A stretch of DNA of 64,000 bases. It comes from Planktothrix sp. GU0601_MAG3 (GTDB taxonomy: Bacteria; Cyanobacteriota; Cyanobacteriia; Cyanobacteriales; Microcoleaceae). Shown piece after piece: positions 34,750 to 46,323 of this stretch. A program made the translations under genes and the position numbers. The stretch covers positions 3,060,578-3,124,577 of the forward strand of contig CP136572.1 in NCBI GenBank assembly GCA_035193785.1, written 5' to 3'. Positions within the stretch are counted from its first letter, which is position 1. Every line of letters starts with the position of its first letter. A model generated the notes under the pieces. It was not told the DNA's origin and did no database searches. It saw only the letters and a program-made list of their open reading frames with translations.

Positions 34750-35037
34750 GTGTTAGAATTGCTACGAACCATAATTCAAAGTATTCAACCCTTTTTAGTC
34801 CCGATTTGCTTTGTTTTGGCTTGGGGATTATTTATATTGATAACTTGGAGTATTGTCACTGCCCTGCGGCATACGGTGAAACAAGCCAAACAAATGCACC
34901 AAATCCCCTGTGCTAATTGTATATTCTTTACCGGGAACTATCACCTCAAATGTCCGGTACAACCAACCATTGCCCTATCTGAAGCTGCCATTAACTGTCC
35001 AGACTATAGCAGTTGTCACCCTACTTCTAACCTATAA
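34750..35037 (+). CDS. conserved cyanobacterial membrane protein with Cys-rich tail
   Basis: TM helix followed by HQIPCANC...LKCPV...AINCPDY; GTG start uncertain. Confidence 0.65.
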   Translation: MLELLRTIIQSIQPFLVPICFVLAWGLFILITWSIVTALRHTVKQAKQMHQIPCANCIFFTGNYHLKCPVQPTIALSEAAINCPDYSSCHPTSNL

Positions 35038-35245
35038 TCTACCCAAAAATTCAGGATTTCTGAATTCATAGATCACATTTCGGAGAATGTACCGATCGCT
35101 TTCTCGTGTGCTTTTTTCAAAACATCCTAATAATTGGGATCAAAAATTATAATTAACAATTAAAACTTGCTATCATCCTGATCACTGGAGATAATAGCAA
35201 ATTAACGTATAATCAAAAACTTAATGGTTAATCCTTGTTGTTAAC

Positions 35246-36626
35246 TCACCCCTGAAGACCAATGATAACCGCCGCCGCCGCCGTTTCACCCGTCCGCACC
35301 GCCCCATCAAAAAAACCAGGCCAGCGCTCGGCGATCTCTGTTCCGGCCCAATGAATCCGTCCAACTGGGGTGGCAATGGCATCTCCGAAATTTGTCCAGA
35401 CACCCGGCGGTAGAAAGGCTGCATATCCTCCCCCGACCCAGGGATTGGCAGGCCAGTCCACAACATCGAAGGTGGTGGGCAGTAGGGCCTGATCCCCCAA
35501 ATAAGCCGCCAGATCCGATAAAACAGCAGAACGACGTTCAGCCTCATTTAAAACCTGCCAGCGATGATAGCGATCACCCATCACAAAAGTAGCAATCACT
35601 CCTTTACCACTGCGAGGATCGGAGCTATCGGCAAATAGTTCAATCCACTCGCTGTTACCCATCCCCACACCCGCCAGTCCTTTTTCCCGCCAAAACGGAG
35701 ATTCATAGGAAATCAGGATTTTGGCAAGGGTTCCCATGGGAAACCTTTGGGTAAGCTGTTGACGGGTTGCTGGTAAGGGCGGATCATAGTTAATCCGACC
35801 ACTCAGATGGGGGGGCATGGCGACAATTACAAACTTGGCTTTATAGCTATTTTGCTCGGTGGTAACTTCCACACCTGCTTGATCCTGGCTGATTTTGACC
35901 ACAGGTTCATTGATCCGAATTTGATTCCCCAGTTTCCGCCGCCATCAGCCCGGGAATCTGTCCCGCCCCACCATGGATCAATTCCGCTTCTGGATGCTCC
36001 GATTGTGAGGCGCAACGATTCCCCCAAAGGACGTGCAGCAGGGAGACTTCACCTGGTTCCGCCGGCCCCAGGAACCCAACGGCACGAACCATGTAGGAAA
36101 AGTACCAATGACCAAAATCAGTTTTGGTATTTTCACCGATCCACTGGGCAAAGGTTTGAGCATCGAGTCGTTTATGTTCAGGATCTCGACCGGGGTGTCC
36201 CGAGGGCAGAGACTGGGAAAGTTCCTCAAAACGATGCCAAGCCTGCATCGCATCTTCCCATTCTTCCTCACTAATCTCAGGACGTTCTCCTTCGGAAAAC
36301 CCCTGAAAAAAGCCGTTAAATTCTGACCGATGCCCGTTATATAAAAAGACTGTTTTTCCCTCTAAAGGTGAAGGAAACCGAGGGATTTTATACTCATCCA
36401 ACAGAGCCAAAAACCTATCTTGAGTTGGCCCCACCCATTGACCTCCAAAATCAATATATTGATTCGGTGCAATCTGTTGACCATACATCCGTCCACCAAT
36501 TCGATCCTGTGCCTCCAAAACCAAAATCCGATGACCTGCCCTTTGAAGGTTGCGTGCGGCAATCAGTCCAGACAATCCAGATCCTACAACAATGCAGTCA
36601 TAGTTGGTGATTTCTGTTTGTAACAT
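35246..36626 (-). CDS. flavin monoamine oxidase family protein
   Basis: VGSGLSGL, EAQDRIGGR, DFGGQW, WAGTE, GFFDGA; extra base at 35932-35936. Confidence 0.9.
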
Positions 36627-36955
36627 CGTTAATTATTGGATAGTAAAATGGATAAAACTGATTCAATTGTAGGACTAAATGGACAAAAAGACAGGTTTCC
36701 TCCTAAGTTATAGCTCTGTTTTATTTGAATATATTATTCCTCAATTGATGAATTAGTTAAAAAGCAATACAAAAAAATGATTATTCGTCAACATCTCCAG
36801 CAATTACAGTCTCTAATCAATGTTCCTGCTGTTTTAATTCTGTTACCGACCCATCGGACATCACCGGATAAAGAAAATAGTCCTTGAACACATCCAATTC
36901 TTAAAAAGTTTAGTATAATTGACTAATACTTTCGTGTTTCAACTCCCTCAAAAAT

Positions 36956-37655
36956 ATGATTAAATTACGCAAATCTCAGGATAGAGGACAGGTTAAAATT
37001 GATTGGTTAGACAGTTATCATACCTTTTCCTTTGGCAACTATTACGATCCCGAATATATGGGATGGCGGGCGTTACGAGTAATTAATGAAGATCGAGTCC
37101 AACCCAAGGGGGGTTTTCCCACCCATGGACACCAAAACATGGAAATTATTACCTATATTTTACAGGGTTCCCTAGAACATAAAGATAGTTTAGGGACAGG
37201 TTTCTATTATTCAACCGGGTGAAGTTCAACGCATGAGTGCGGGGACTGGTATTCGTCATAGTGAATTTAACCCATCTTCTACTGATTTGGTTCATTTATT
37301 ACAAATTTGGCTTTTACCTGATACCCAAGGTTTACCCCCTAGCTATGAACAAAAATCTTTTCAGCCTTTAGAAAATTCGGGTAAATTTCAATTAATTGCC
37401 ACAGGGAATCCGGTTGAGCATGAGGTCAAAATCCATCAAGATGTTAATTTATATGCTGCCATTTTAAAACAAGGCGATCGCCTTTCCTATGCCTTTTCTC
37501 CCGAGCGTTATGGTTGGATACAAGTGGCTAAAGGAGAAATCATTCTCAATCAAATCTCCCTAACTGCGGGTGATGGGGCTGCGATCGCCCAGGAACCGGA
37601 AATCACCCTCACCGCCACCACCGATGCGGAAATATTGCTTTTTGATTTAGCCTAA
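36956..37655 (+). CDS. pirin family protein
   Basis: [34 protein letters not shown]; extra base at 37200-37204. Confidence 0.92.
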
Positions 37656-37674
37656 ATTTCTCTCACAATTAAAG

Positions 37675-37804
37675 GATAAGCTGTTGAATATCTGAAGTTA
37701 GGTATTAAGGAATTGTCACGTTTTGGAAATGCCAATATCCATAGCCTGCGGCATACAAGAAACACAAATCCAGAATACACAGTTTAACTGCTGAACGGCT
37801 TATC
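37675..37804. mobile_element. possible MITE-like element, 130 bp
   Basis: Imperfect terminal inverted repeats gataagctgtt / aacggcttatc. Confidence 0.4.
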
Positions 37805-38131
37805 TGAAATCCTATTCTTGACTGTATCAAAAATAACCTTTTTATCTTGAGTGTCCTTCGACCAGAATAATATTTTCGTTTAAATCCAAGATACAGTTAA
37901 TGAAAATTGATCCAGGTCTAGGATAACAGTTGTCCCATCCCACAAGCTGTCCTAGGAGTTGCACGAATTTTAATCAGCAATGTTTATCAGAAAATCATCT
38001 GAGTTGCAAAAATGATCTAAAATGACTCCCTAAAATTCAATTGACTCGGATCTTACCCTTTCGTTTTAAAATCTTAATAATATTGAAAAACTATCTAGCT
38101 CCGATAACAAGCGTATTTCCATTAAATCCCT

Positions 38132-39725
38132 ATGGCTATTGGCTATCTCGCCCTGGTTCTCCATGCCCATCTTCCTTTTGTTCGCCATCCTGAAAGTGAC
38201 TATGTATTAGAGGAAGAATGGCTGTTTGAAGCAATTACCGAAACCTACATCCCTCTAATCAAAATGTTTGAAGGGTTAAAGCGGGATGGAATTGATTTCA
38301 AAATCACCATGAGTTTGACTCCACCCCTGGTGTCGATGTTGCGAGACCCGCTCCTCCAAGAACGATATGATCAACATCTGACCCTACTCCAAGAGTTAAT
38401 AGAACAGGAAATTGAGCGCTATCAAAAAACCCCTCATCTTCGTTACCTCGCCGAACATTATGCCGAGGAATGGCAGGAAGCGCGTAAACTGTGGGAACGC
38501 TATCAAGGCGATTTAGTCACGGCTTTTAAACAATTTCAAGATACCAATAATTTAGAAATTATCACCTGCGGTGCGACCCACGGCTATTTACCGCTAATGA
38601 AGATGTATCCCCAAGCGGTTTGGGGACAAATAGAGGTCGCCTGTCAACACTATGAAGAAACCTTTGGCCGTCGCCCCCGGGGGATTTGGTTGCCCGAATG
38701 TGCCTACTATAATGGCTTAGAACGAATGTTAGCCGATGCGGGAATTCGCTATTTTCTCACCGATGGTCATGGGATTCTCTACGCCCGTCCCCGTCCCCGT
38801 TTTGGCACCTATTCCCCTGTCTATACAGAATCGGGTGTGGCCGTATTTGCCCGGGATAACGAATCTTCTCAACAGGTTTGGTCTTCGGAAGTGGGTTATC
38901 CCGGAGCACCGGAATACCGAGAATTTTATAAGGATTTGGGCTGGGAAGCCGAATATGAGTATATTAAGCCCTATATTATGCCCAATGGTCAGCGCAAAAA
39001 CACCGGGATTAAGTATTACAAAATTACGGGTCGGGGTCTAGGACTGGGAGAGAAAGAACTTTATGACCCCTATTGGGCAAAAGCCAAAACCAGCGAACAC
39101 GCGGCTAACTTTGTCTTTAACCGCGAGCGCCAAGTGGAACATCTCCAGGGAATTATGCAGCGTCCTCCAATTATTGTCTCTCCCTACGATGCCGAACTAT
39201 TCGGACATTGGTGGTATGAGGGGCCCTGGTTTCTGGATCAATTATTCCGCAAAACCTGGGAAAATCAAAAGGTTTATGCTATGACCCATTTAGCCGATTA
39301 TCTTCAAGCCTTCCCCACCCAACAGGTTTGTCATCCTGCCCAGTCCAGTTGGGGATATAAGGGATTCCATGAATATTGGCTAAATCATACCAATTCTTGG
39401 ATTTATCCCCATCTCCACAAAGCCGCAGAAAGGATGATTAAAATGGCAGGTCGCGAAACCCAGAGACGACCTAGAGTTACGCGCACTCAACCAAGCAGCG
39501 CGGGAATTACTCTTAGCACAATCCTCCGATTGGGCCTTTATTATGAGTTCGGGAACCATGACCCCCTACGCCGTGCGTCGTACCCGTTCCCACCTGATGC
39601 GATTTAACAAAATCTACGAAGATATCAAAATTGGCAAAGTAGATTCCGGTTGGCTGGAAAAGGTCGAAGCCATTGATAATATCTTCCCCAATATCGATTT
39701 TCGCGTCTATCGACCCTTGATGTAA
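38132..39725 (+). CDS. GH57 glycoside hydrolase / branching enzyme (DUF1957)
   Basis: LHAHLP, GIWLPECAY, YDAELFGHWW, LAQSSDWAF after removing the extra base at 39455-39459. Confidence 0.9.
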
Positions 39726-39726
39726 T

Positions 39727-39963
39727 TTACGAATTACGAATTACGAATTACGAATTACGAATTGGTAATTGGTAATAGCAAGAGTTTACCCCCCCTACTC
39801 CCCCCGCTCCCCCTGCTCCCCCTGCTCCCCCCGCTCCCCCCGCTCCCCCCGCTCCCCCCGCTCCCCCTACTCCCCCTGCTCCCCTGCTCCCCCCGCTCCC
39901 CCCGCTCCCCCCGCTCCCCCCGCTCCCCCTGCTCCCCCCGCTCCCCCTGCCTCCCCTGCCCCC
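39727..39963 (+). repeat. composite STRR array (AATTACG)n-(AATTGGT)n-core-(CTCCCCCT/CG)n
   Basis: Directly visible tandem 7-mers and 8/9-mers. Confidence 0.9.
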
Positions 39964-40028
39964 TGGTGGGGTTTTTTTTGTTCTTGAATTCTAAGAAGAA
40001 TGTAAAGATTTGTTAACTTAGGGCGTTT

Positions 40029-40044
40029 TGTAAAATAGACTACA
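40029..40044 (+). promoter_or_regulatory. NtcA binding site upstream of the gifA cluster
   Basis: TGTA-AAATAGAC-TACA, a perfect GTA-N8-TAC, 12 bp before a TATATT -10-like hexamer (repressor geometry). Confidence 0.8.
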
Positions 40045-40122
40045 GAATGTTCTGGTATATTAGAAATTGAAGACAGAAACAGTCTCTTACTTTTTAGGCC
40101 ATTCATTCAGGAGAAAAGACTT

Positions 40123-40314
40123 ATGGGTACTCAAGATCAAGCTCGGGCTTTAATGATGGGTCGTCACCACACCATCAAGAATCGTCAACAGTCCTTACTC
40201 AATCGGGTTTCCGATCAAGTAGGCGTAGAACCTGGCGATGTCTCAACGATTCAAGGCAAACCCAGCGCCCATTCTGCCAACAGCTATAACCGCAGCAGCG
40301 CCACCATGAGCTAG
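40123..40314 (+). CDS. gifA: glutamine synthetase inactivating factor IF7, copy 1
   Basis: QARALMM...IKNRQQSLL...IQGKP...YNRS signature; AGGAG RBS. Confidence 0.85.
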   Translation: MGTQDQARALMMGRHHTIKNRQQSLLNRVSDQVGVEPGDVSTIQGKPSAHSANSYNRSSATMS

Positions 40315-40405
40315 AAAGATTAATAATTGTAATCTTTCTTAATATTTTAGTTAAGCAAATTTTAGTTAAAACACCCTTCAATTTTAAACACAGGAGAACA
40401 AACTC

Positions 40406-40595
40406 ATGGATACTCAAAATCAAGCTCGCGCCTTAATGATGGGTCATCATCAAGTGATCAAAAACCGTCAACAATCGATGTTAAATCGGGTTTCCGATGA
40501 AGTCGGTGCAGAAACCCGGTGATGTCTCAACCATTCAAGGCAAACCCAGTGCCAATTCCGTGAGTAACTATGACCGTGGCAACGGGATGATTTAG
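40406..40595 (+). CDS. gifA: IF7 copy 2 (absent from ORF track)
   Basis: MDTQNQARALMMGHHQVIKNRQQSMLNRVSDEVGAEPGDVSTIQGKP; extra A at 40511-40515; AGGAG RBS. Confidence 0.8.
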
Positions 40596-40658
40596 CTGAG
40601 TCGAATACAATATTAAACTCAAAAAAACATTCAATTTTAAACGCAGGAGAAACGAATT

Positions 40659-40850
40659 ATGGATACTCAAAATCAAGCTCGGGCTTTAATGATGCGTCAC
40701 CATCAAGTGATTAAAAACCGTCAACAATCCTTACTCAACCGAGTCTCGGAGGAAGTCGGCATTGAACCCGGGGATTATCGGACAACGATTCAAGGCAAAC
40801 CCACTGACAGCGTTAGCAGCTATGACCGCAGTGGCTCATCCATGAGTTAA
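40659..40850 (+). CDS. gifA: IF7 copy 3
   Basis: QARALMMRHHQVIKNRQQSLL...TTIQGKP...YDRS; AGGAG RBS. Confidence 0.88.
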   Translation: MDTQNQARALMMRHHQVIKNRQQSLLNRVSEEVGIEPGDYRTTIQGKPTDSVSSYDRSGSSMS

Positions 40851-40899
40851 TTGAGTTGTTATTGAGATAACGGTAAATTCGCCATGAATCAATCAATGC

Positions 40900-40932
40900 C
40901 CCCGCTTTGCTCCAGCAAGTGGGGATATTTTT
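40900..40932 (+). terminator. probable intrinsic terminator after the gifA cluster
   Basis: ccccgctttgc-tcca-gcaagtgggg hairpin followed by a T-rich tract. Confidence 0.55.
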
Positions 40933-41284
40933 ATGGTTGATGCTTAACAGTTAACTGAAATTTAGTTAAGTATTGCGATCGCTTTTTGATGTTCTTCGCA
41001 GGAAATTAAATATTAAAATTCCAGTTCAAACAATTGGAGTTAGACTTAACCCTAATTTGGGAAAACGTAGTCAGCCCTGAAGGGCTTCCATATCTCCATA
41101 TTTTTTAAAGGGGTTGATAGTATGCGGGTTCGGCCTCAGAGGTTTGATACCGAATGGGGGTAAAGATTTAAGAAGATTATGCAGCGTTTTCTCTGAAATA
41201 CTTAGTGACAATCAATTTAAGTTTTCTCACCCTGGTTCTTGATATAATCCCTTCTCAGTAATATTGGAAACGGAAGGGTAAATC

Positions 41285-42527
41285 ATGTCAGATTGGACGG
41301 TTATTGAGGGTGGAGTTACCGCCCCTAGAGGATATCGGGCATCGGGAATTACGGCGGGATTAAAAGCATCGGGATTACCGGATTTAGCCTTAATTGTCTC
41401 CGATGTAGATGCGATCGCCGCTGGGGTATTTACCACCAGTCAAGTTAGAGCCGCCTGTGTGGATTATTGCCGTCAACAACTGCAAGCCAAACCCAGTGCT
41501 AGAGCGATTTTATGTAATTCAGGACAGGCGAATGCCGCTACAGGAGCCGCGGGCTGGACAGATGCAGTAGACTCCGCCCAAGCCCTAGCCCAAGTCCTCA
41601 ATATTGCACCGGAATCGATTTTACTGGCTTCTACCGGAGTCATCGGTCAACGGATTAAAATGGATATCCTCAAAGCCGGAATTCCTAAGTTAGTTGAGGA
41701 ATTGTCAGAGAATGGTAACGCAGCCGTGGCTAAAGCAATTATGACCACGGATTTAGTCCCGAAAACCATTGCCTTAGAAACAATGTTTGGGGATCGTCCC
41801 GTGAGAGTCGGGGGAATTTGTAAAGGTTTCGGGGATGATTCACCCCAATATGGCGACGATGTTGGCTTTTGTCACCTGCGATGCGGTGGTTTCCCCTTCC
41901 CTGTGGCAAGAAATGTTAAGCCGTGCGGCCAACCGGAGTTTTAATCAAGTTACCGTTGATGGCGATACGAGTACGAATGATTGTTTAATTGCTTTGGCAA
42001 ATGGGGCATCTCGGACTCCGGCGATTACGGCTATGGGGCCAGAGGCAGAAAAATTAGAGGGGATGTTAACGGCCGTCTGTGAATATTTGGCTAAAGCGAT
42101 CGCTCGGGACGGGGAAGGAGCGACCTGTTTAATTGAAGTTCAAGTTTCCGGTGCGGAGGATGAAGCATCTGCGAATCAAGTTGCTAAAACTATTGTAGGT
42201 TCTTCTTTGGTGAAGTCCGCCATTTTTGGTCATGATCCTAACTGGGGAAGAATTGCGGCGGCGGCGGGCCGGGCGGGAGTCCATTTTGACCAAAATGATT
42301 TAGAAATCAAATTAGGGGATTTTGTCTTAATGCAGCAGGGTCAACCCCTAGTTTTTGATCGCAATGCAGCCAATGAGTATTTGAAACAAGCCAAAACAGG
42401 AGAATATCTCAAACAAGATACTGTATTAATTTCAGTTAAAATCGGCAATGGCTCCGGTGTGGGCAAAGCCTGGGGATGCGATTTAAGTTATGACTATGTA
42501 AAAATTAACGCGGAATACACCACTTAA
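41285..42527 (+). CDS. argJ: ornithine acetyltransferase / N-acetylglutamate synthase
   Basis: [29 protein letters not shown] (restored at 41826-41830), [15 protein letters not shown]. Confidence 0.95.
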
Positions 42528-42718
42528 TCAGTTAACAGTTATCAGTTATCAGTTATCAGTTTATTGTCTGTTTCTTGTTCTATTTTCCCTGTTCCTACAC
42601 AAAAAACACAGGTTTCCTCCCGTTGAATTTCCCCGGAACAATCTCGAATTTCTGTATAGCCTTTTCCCTGACAATGGGGACAGATTGGATCAATGATTTT
42701 GTTTTTTTTCATAGTAAT

Positions 42719-42788
42719 AGATGGGGGGATTAAGCCCTGAAGGGCTTACTACAAAGATGGGGGGATTAAGCCCTAAAGGGCTTACTAC
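42719..42788. repeat. tandem pair of REP-like hairpins
   Basis: agatggggggattaagccct(g/a)aagggcttactac x2; same family as the 25098 and 41068 copies. Confidence 0.8.
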
Positions 42789-42791
42789 TAT

Positions 42792-44049
42792 TTAATAATT
42801 CATTCCCACCATAGGAAAGGATAATTGATTCAATTGAGTAATTTTTTCGGAAGTGGCTTTTAAGGGGGTTTGATTTAAACGATTAAAAATATAACGAGAA
42901 ATGTCAGGGAAAATCTGTTCGTTTTTTGCATAGGCGGGATCATCTCCAAAGACGGCTAAAATATAAATGGCTTGATCGTTTAAGGTTCTCACAAAGGCGA
43001 TTTCTTGACGAGAACGACTGGTATAACCGACTTTAGACCCATAGTAAATATCGGGGGGTAAGGATTCTCCTAAAAATCCTTTCACCGAATTAGCATCAAT
43101 ATTTTTCCAGGCTTTGGGGTTCAAATCTCGGGTTAATAAATATGCCATTTTTGTACTAGCTAGGGGAGAAATGGCTTGTTTTGTGTAAATTTCATACATT
43201 AATCTGGCTGTTTGGTCGGTGGTGACGCGATTTCCTTGGGAATAGGGAGGACTTTCTCGAAGTTGTACATCTCTACCCGTGGGTTCTTCTCCTACCCCGG
43301 TAATTGGATAATTTTTAGTGGTTAAATTAATTCCAGTATAACCGGATTTCTCAAAAAATTGATTAACTTGACTGCGTTTTTCTACCCATTTATCTAATTC
43401 GGATTTGTCTAAGTTTTCCCCGGATTCGGTTTGGGTAATCGCATCAACAATTCGACTGGCTGAATCGTTATCGGAAATTCGCATCATCTGGGATAGGTCG
43501 GTATAAAAGGGCGATTCCTGGGGAATATATCCTTTTTCTGCATAGCCAAAAAATTGAACCATCCAAAATAATTTGGCAACACTGGCGGGAAATCTCAGTT
43601 GGGTATTATTATATCCGGCGATGGTATGGGTAGCAGGTTTACTAACATCAATTAATGTAATAGATAGGGATTCGGTGGGTAATTCTTGGTTTTTAGCAAT
43701 ATCAACTGCACCATCAATAATAGTTTGTAAGTCTTGACTAGGGACTAAATTAGGAGGGGTTTTGATATTATAAACTACGGTTTTATCGGTTTCGGTCGCT
43801 GGGGCAGAAATGGTAATATTCTGAGTTTGGGTCTGGGGTTTTGCGGGTGGAAATAATAGTTTTAATACCGCTCCCACCGTCCAATTAACGGTTAATAATA
43901 GGGCAATTAAAAATATAATTCGAGAGTATTTTAATTTCGCTAATCTCTCCGGTATTCTAGTCCCTACTCTAACAGGCGATCGCTTTAAAGAACGATTAGG
44001 AACAGAAGAATTTCTAACAGAAACGACGACGTTGGGTAATAGAAGCCAT
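42792..44049 (-). CDS. membrane-anchored class A beta-lactamase-like serine hydrolase
   Basis: Start MASITQRRRS at 44049 (extra base at 44020-44024); TM; PASVAK, SDND, SKVG. Confidence 0.8.
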
Positions 44050-44066
44050 ATTGGAGAAAGATATAG

Positions 44067-44277
44067 TAGGGGAGGCAGGGGGGCGGGGGAGCCGGGGAGC
44101 AGGGGGAGCAGGGGGAGCAGGGGAGCAGGGGAGCAGGGGAGCAGGGGGAGCAGGGGGGGCAGGGGGAGCCGGGGGAGCCGGGGGAGCCGGGGATGTAAAC
44201 TTCTTCTATTCCACATTCATTCGTAATTCGTAATTCGTAATTCGTAATTCGTAATTCGTAATTCGTAATTCGTAATT
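44067..44277 (-). repeat. composite STRR array (inverted copy)
   Basis: (CAGGGGGAG)n, core, (CGTAATT)n. Confidence 0.9.
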
Positions 44278-44310
44278 CCCTTTTCCCTGTTCCCTTTATA
44301 CCTCAATATT

Positions 44311-45163
44311 TTATTCTGTGCCATCGGGTAAAGTTAAGGCAATTTGATAGATTTGACGACGGGGTAGGGAAGTGGCTTCGGCGAGTTGGCGACTGGCTTG
44401 GGAACGGGTAATTCCTTGCTGGAGTAGACATTGGAGTTCGGTTTTAAGTTGGTCTTCGGTGATCACGGTTGGGGTTTCGGTGATGCCAGCAATGACTAAT
44501 GTTATTTCACCTTTGGGGTTATGATCTTGATAGTATTGTACAGCATTTTCTAAGGTTCCTCGCCAAAATTGTTCATGGATTTTTGTTAATTCCCGAGCAA
44601 TTACAATAGACCGTTTTGCCCCTAAAATTAGGGCTAAATCTTCTAAGGTTTCCACAAGACGATGGGGCGCTTCATATAAAATTAGGGTGCGAGATTCGGT
44701 TTGTAAACTGCTTAAACGCTGTTGACGTTCTTTATTTTTGGTGGGTAAAAACCCTTCAAAAATAAATCTATCCGTGGGGAGTCCCGCCGCGCTTAAAGCC
44801 GTTAGACAAGCACTCACCCCCGGAATCGGAATCACCGGAATATTTGCTTCAATACAAGCCTTAATTAGTTCATATCCCGGGTCGGAAATTCCTGGCATTC
44901 CCGCATCCGTAACTAAGGCAATTGTATGTCCCTGACTCAAAGATTCAACTAAGCTTGGAATCCGGCGTTGTTGATTATGTTCATGGTAACTGAGTTGGGG
45001 GGTTTTAATATCAAAATGGTGTAATAGCTTGCCCGTATGACGGGTATCTTCAGCCGCAATCCAATCGACGGTTTGTAAAATTTTTATCGCCCGCAACGTG
45101 ATATCTTCTAGGTTTCCCAATGGGAGTTCCTACAATATAAAGGATTCCAGCTTGATTGGTCAT
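44311..45163 (-). CDS. rsmI: 16S rRNA C1402 2'-O-methyltransferase
   Basis: LYIVGTPIGNLEDIT (restored at 45112-45116), AAEDTR, DAGMPGISDPG, ARELTKIHE. Confidence 0.95.
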
Positions 45164-45354
45164 ATTAAATTTAAAGCTCTACGGAAATATAAATATGATA
45201 TAAAACACACTCACCCTAGGATAATATCAGATATTCTGGAGGTTAGGATGGGATTTAGTCTTGAAATTTGTCTGAAGTGGTGAAGGTTTATGGGAAAATT
45301 GGTTTTATAGGTTTTAAATTCCCCCTAATTTCTGGATTTAGTTGAAATAATTCC

Positions 45355-46224
45355 ATGGTCAAAGGTTTATTTGTTGGACTAATTACCCTCGATTTGATTT
45401 ATTCTGTTAATCAATATCCCCAGGAAAATCAAAAAATTGTCGCCTCTAATTATACCGTTGCAGCCGGAGGGCCAGCGACCAATGCTGCCGTTACTTTTAA
45501 TAGTTTAGGCAACCAATCTATGCTATTAGGTGGATTAGGAACCCATGACCTAACTCAACTGATTAGAAAAGATTTAGAACAATATTCTGTTAATATTATA
45601 GACTTAGATCCCAATCGTTTAGACGCTCCTCCTGTTTCATCTATTATTGTGAATAATGTCACGGGAGATCGCACTGTTATTTCTATTAATGCCACAAAAT
45701 CTCAAATTTATAACTATTCAAATTTATCACAATATTTAGATGATATTGATATTATTTTAATTGACGGTCATCAAATTCCCCTCAGCCAAAGTTTAATTCA
45801 ACAGGCAAAAATTAAACAAATTCCTGTTATTTTAGACGGTGGAAGTTGGAAACCGGGCTTAGAAGACCTTTTACCAGATATTCAATATGCCATTTGTTCC
45901 CATAATTTTTATCCGCCCCATTGTCAAACCTCTGAAGATGTTTTTGCTTATCTTCAAGGGATAAATATTCCTAATATTGCCATTACCCAAGGAGAAAAAT
46001 CGATTCAATATATTAGTCTCAAAGCAGGAAACGGTAGTATCCCCATTCCCAGGATTCAAGCAGTTGACACCTTGGGCGCGGGAGATATTTTTCATGGAGC
46101 ATTTTGCCATTTTATTCTATCTGAAAACTTCCCCACCGCCCTAGCTAAATCCGCCCAAATCGCATCTGAATCTTGCCTACATTTCGGCACGAGAAAATGG
46201 ATTGAATTTTTAAATAATCACTAA
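45355..46224 (+). CDS. PfkB family sugar kinase
   Basis: AGGPATNAA; DTLGAGDIFHGAF. Confidence 0.9.
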   Translation: MVKGLFVGLITLDLIYSVNQYPQENQKIVASNYTVAAGGPATNAAVTFNSLGNQSMLLGGLGTHDLTQLIRKDLEQYSVNIIDLDPNRLDAPPVSSIIVNNVTGDRTVISINATKSQIYNYSNLSQYLDDIDIILIDGHQIPLSQSLIQQAKIKQIPVILDGGSWKPGLEDLLPDIQYAICSHNFYPPHCQTSEDVFAYLQGINIPNIAITQGEKSIQYISLKAGNGSIPIPRIQAVDTLGAGDIFHGAFCHFILSENFPTALAKSAQIASESCLHFGTRKWIEFLNNH

Positions 46225-46323
46225 TCTTTATAGACAACTGGGAACAAGTAAGATATAATCAGCATATCTTCTGCTTTCTGGTTTTCACGAGTATAATTTT
46301 TACTAAAATCTCCTATTATTAAT

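Noticed and set aside
39762..40106. Pro/Gly-rich ORFs (also 44032-44233 and 55126-55347)
   Set aside because: Translations of STRR arrays.
44050..44216. Pro/Leu-rich N-terminus of the serine hydrolase
   Set aside because: Derived from the repeat array; the corrected gene starts at 44049.
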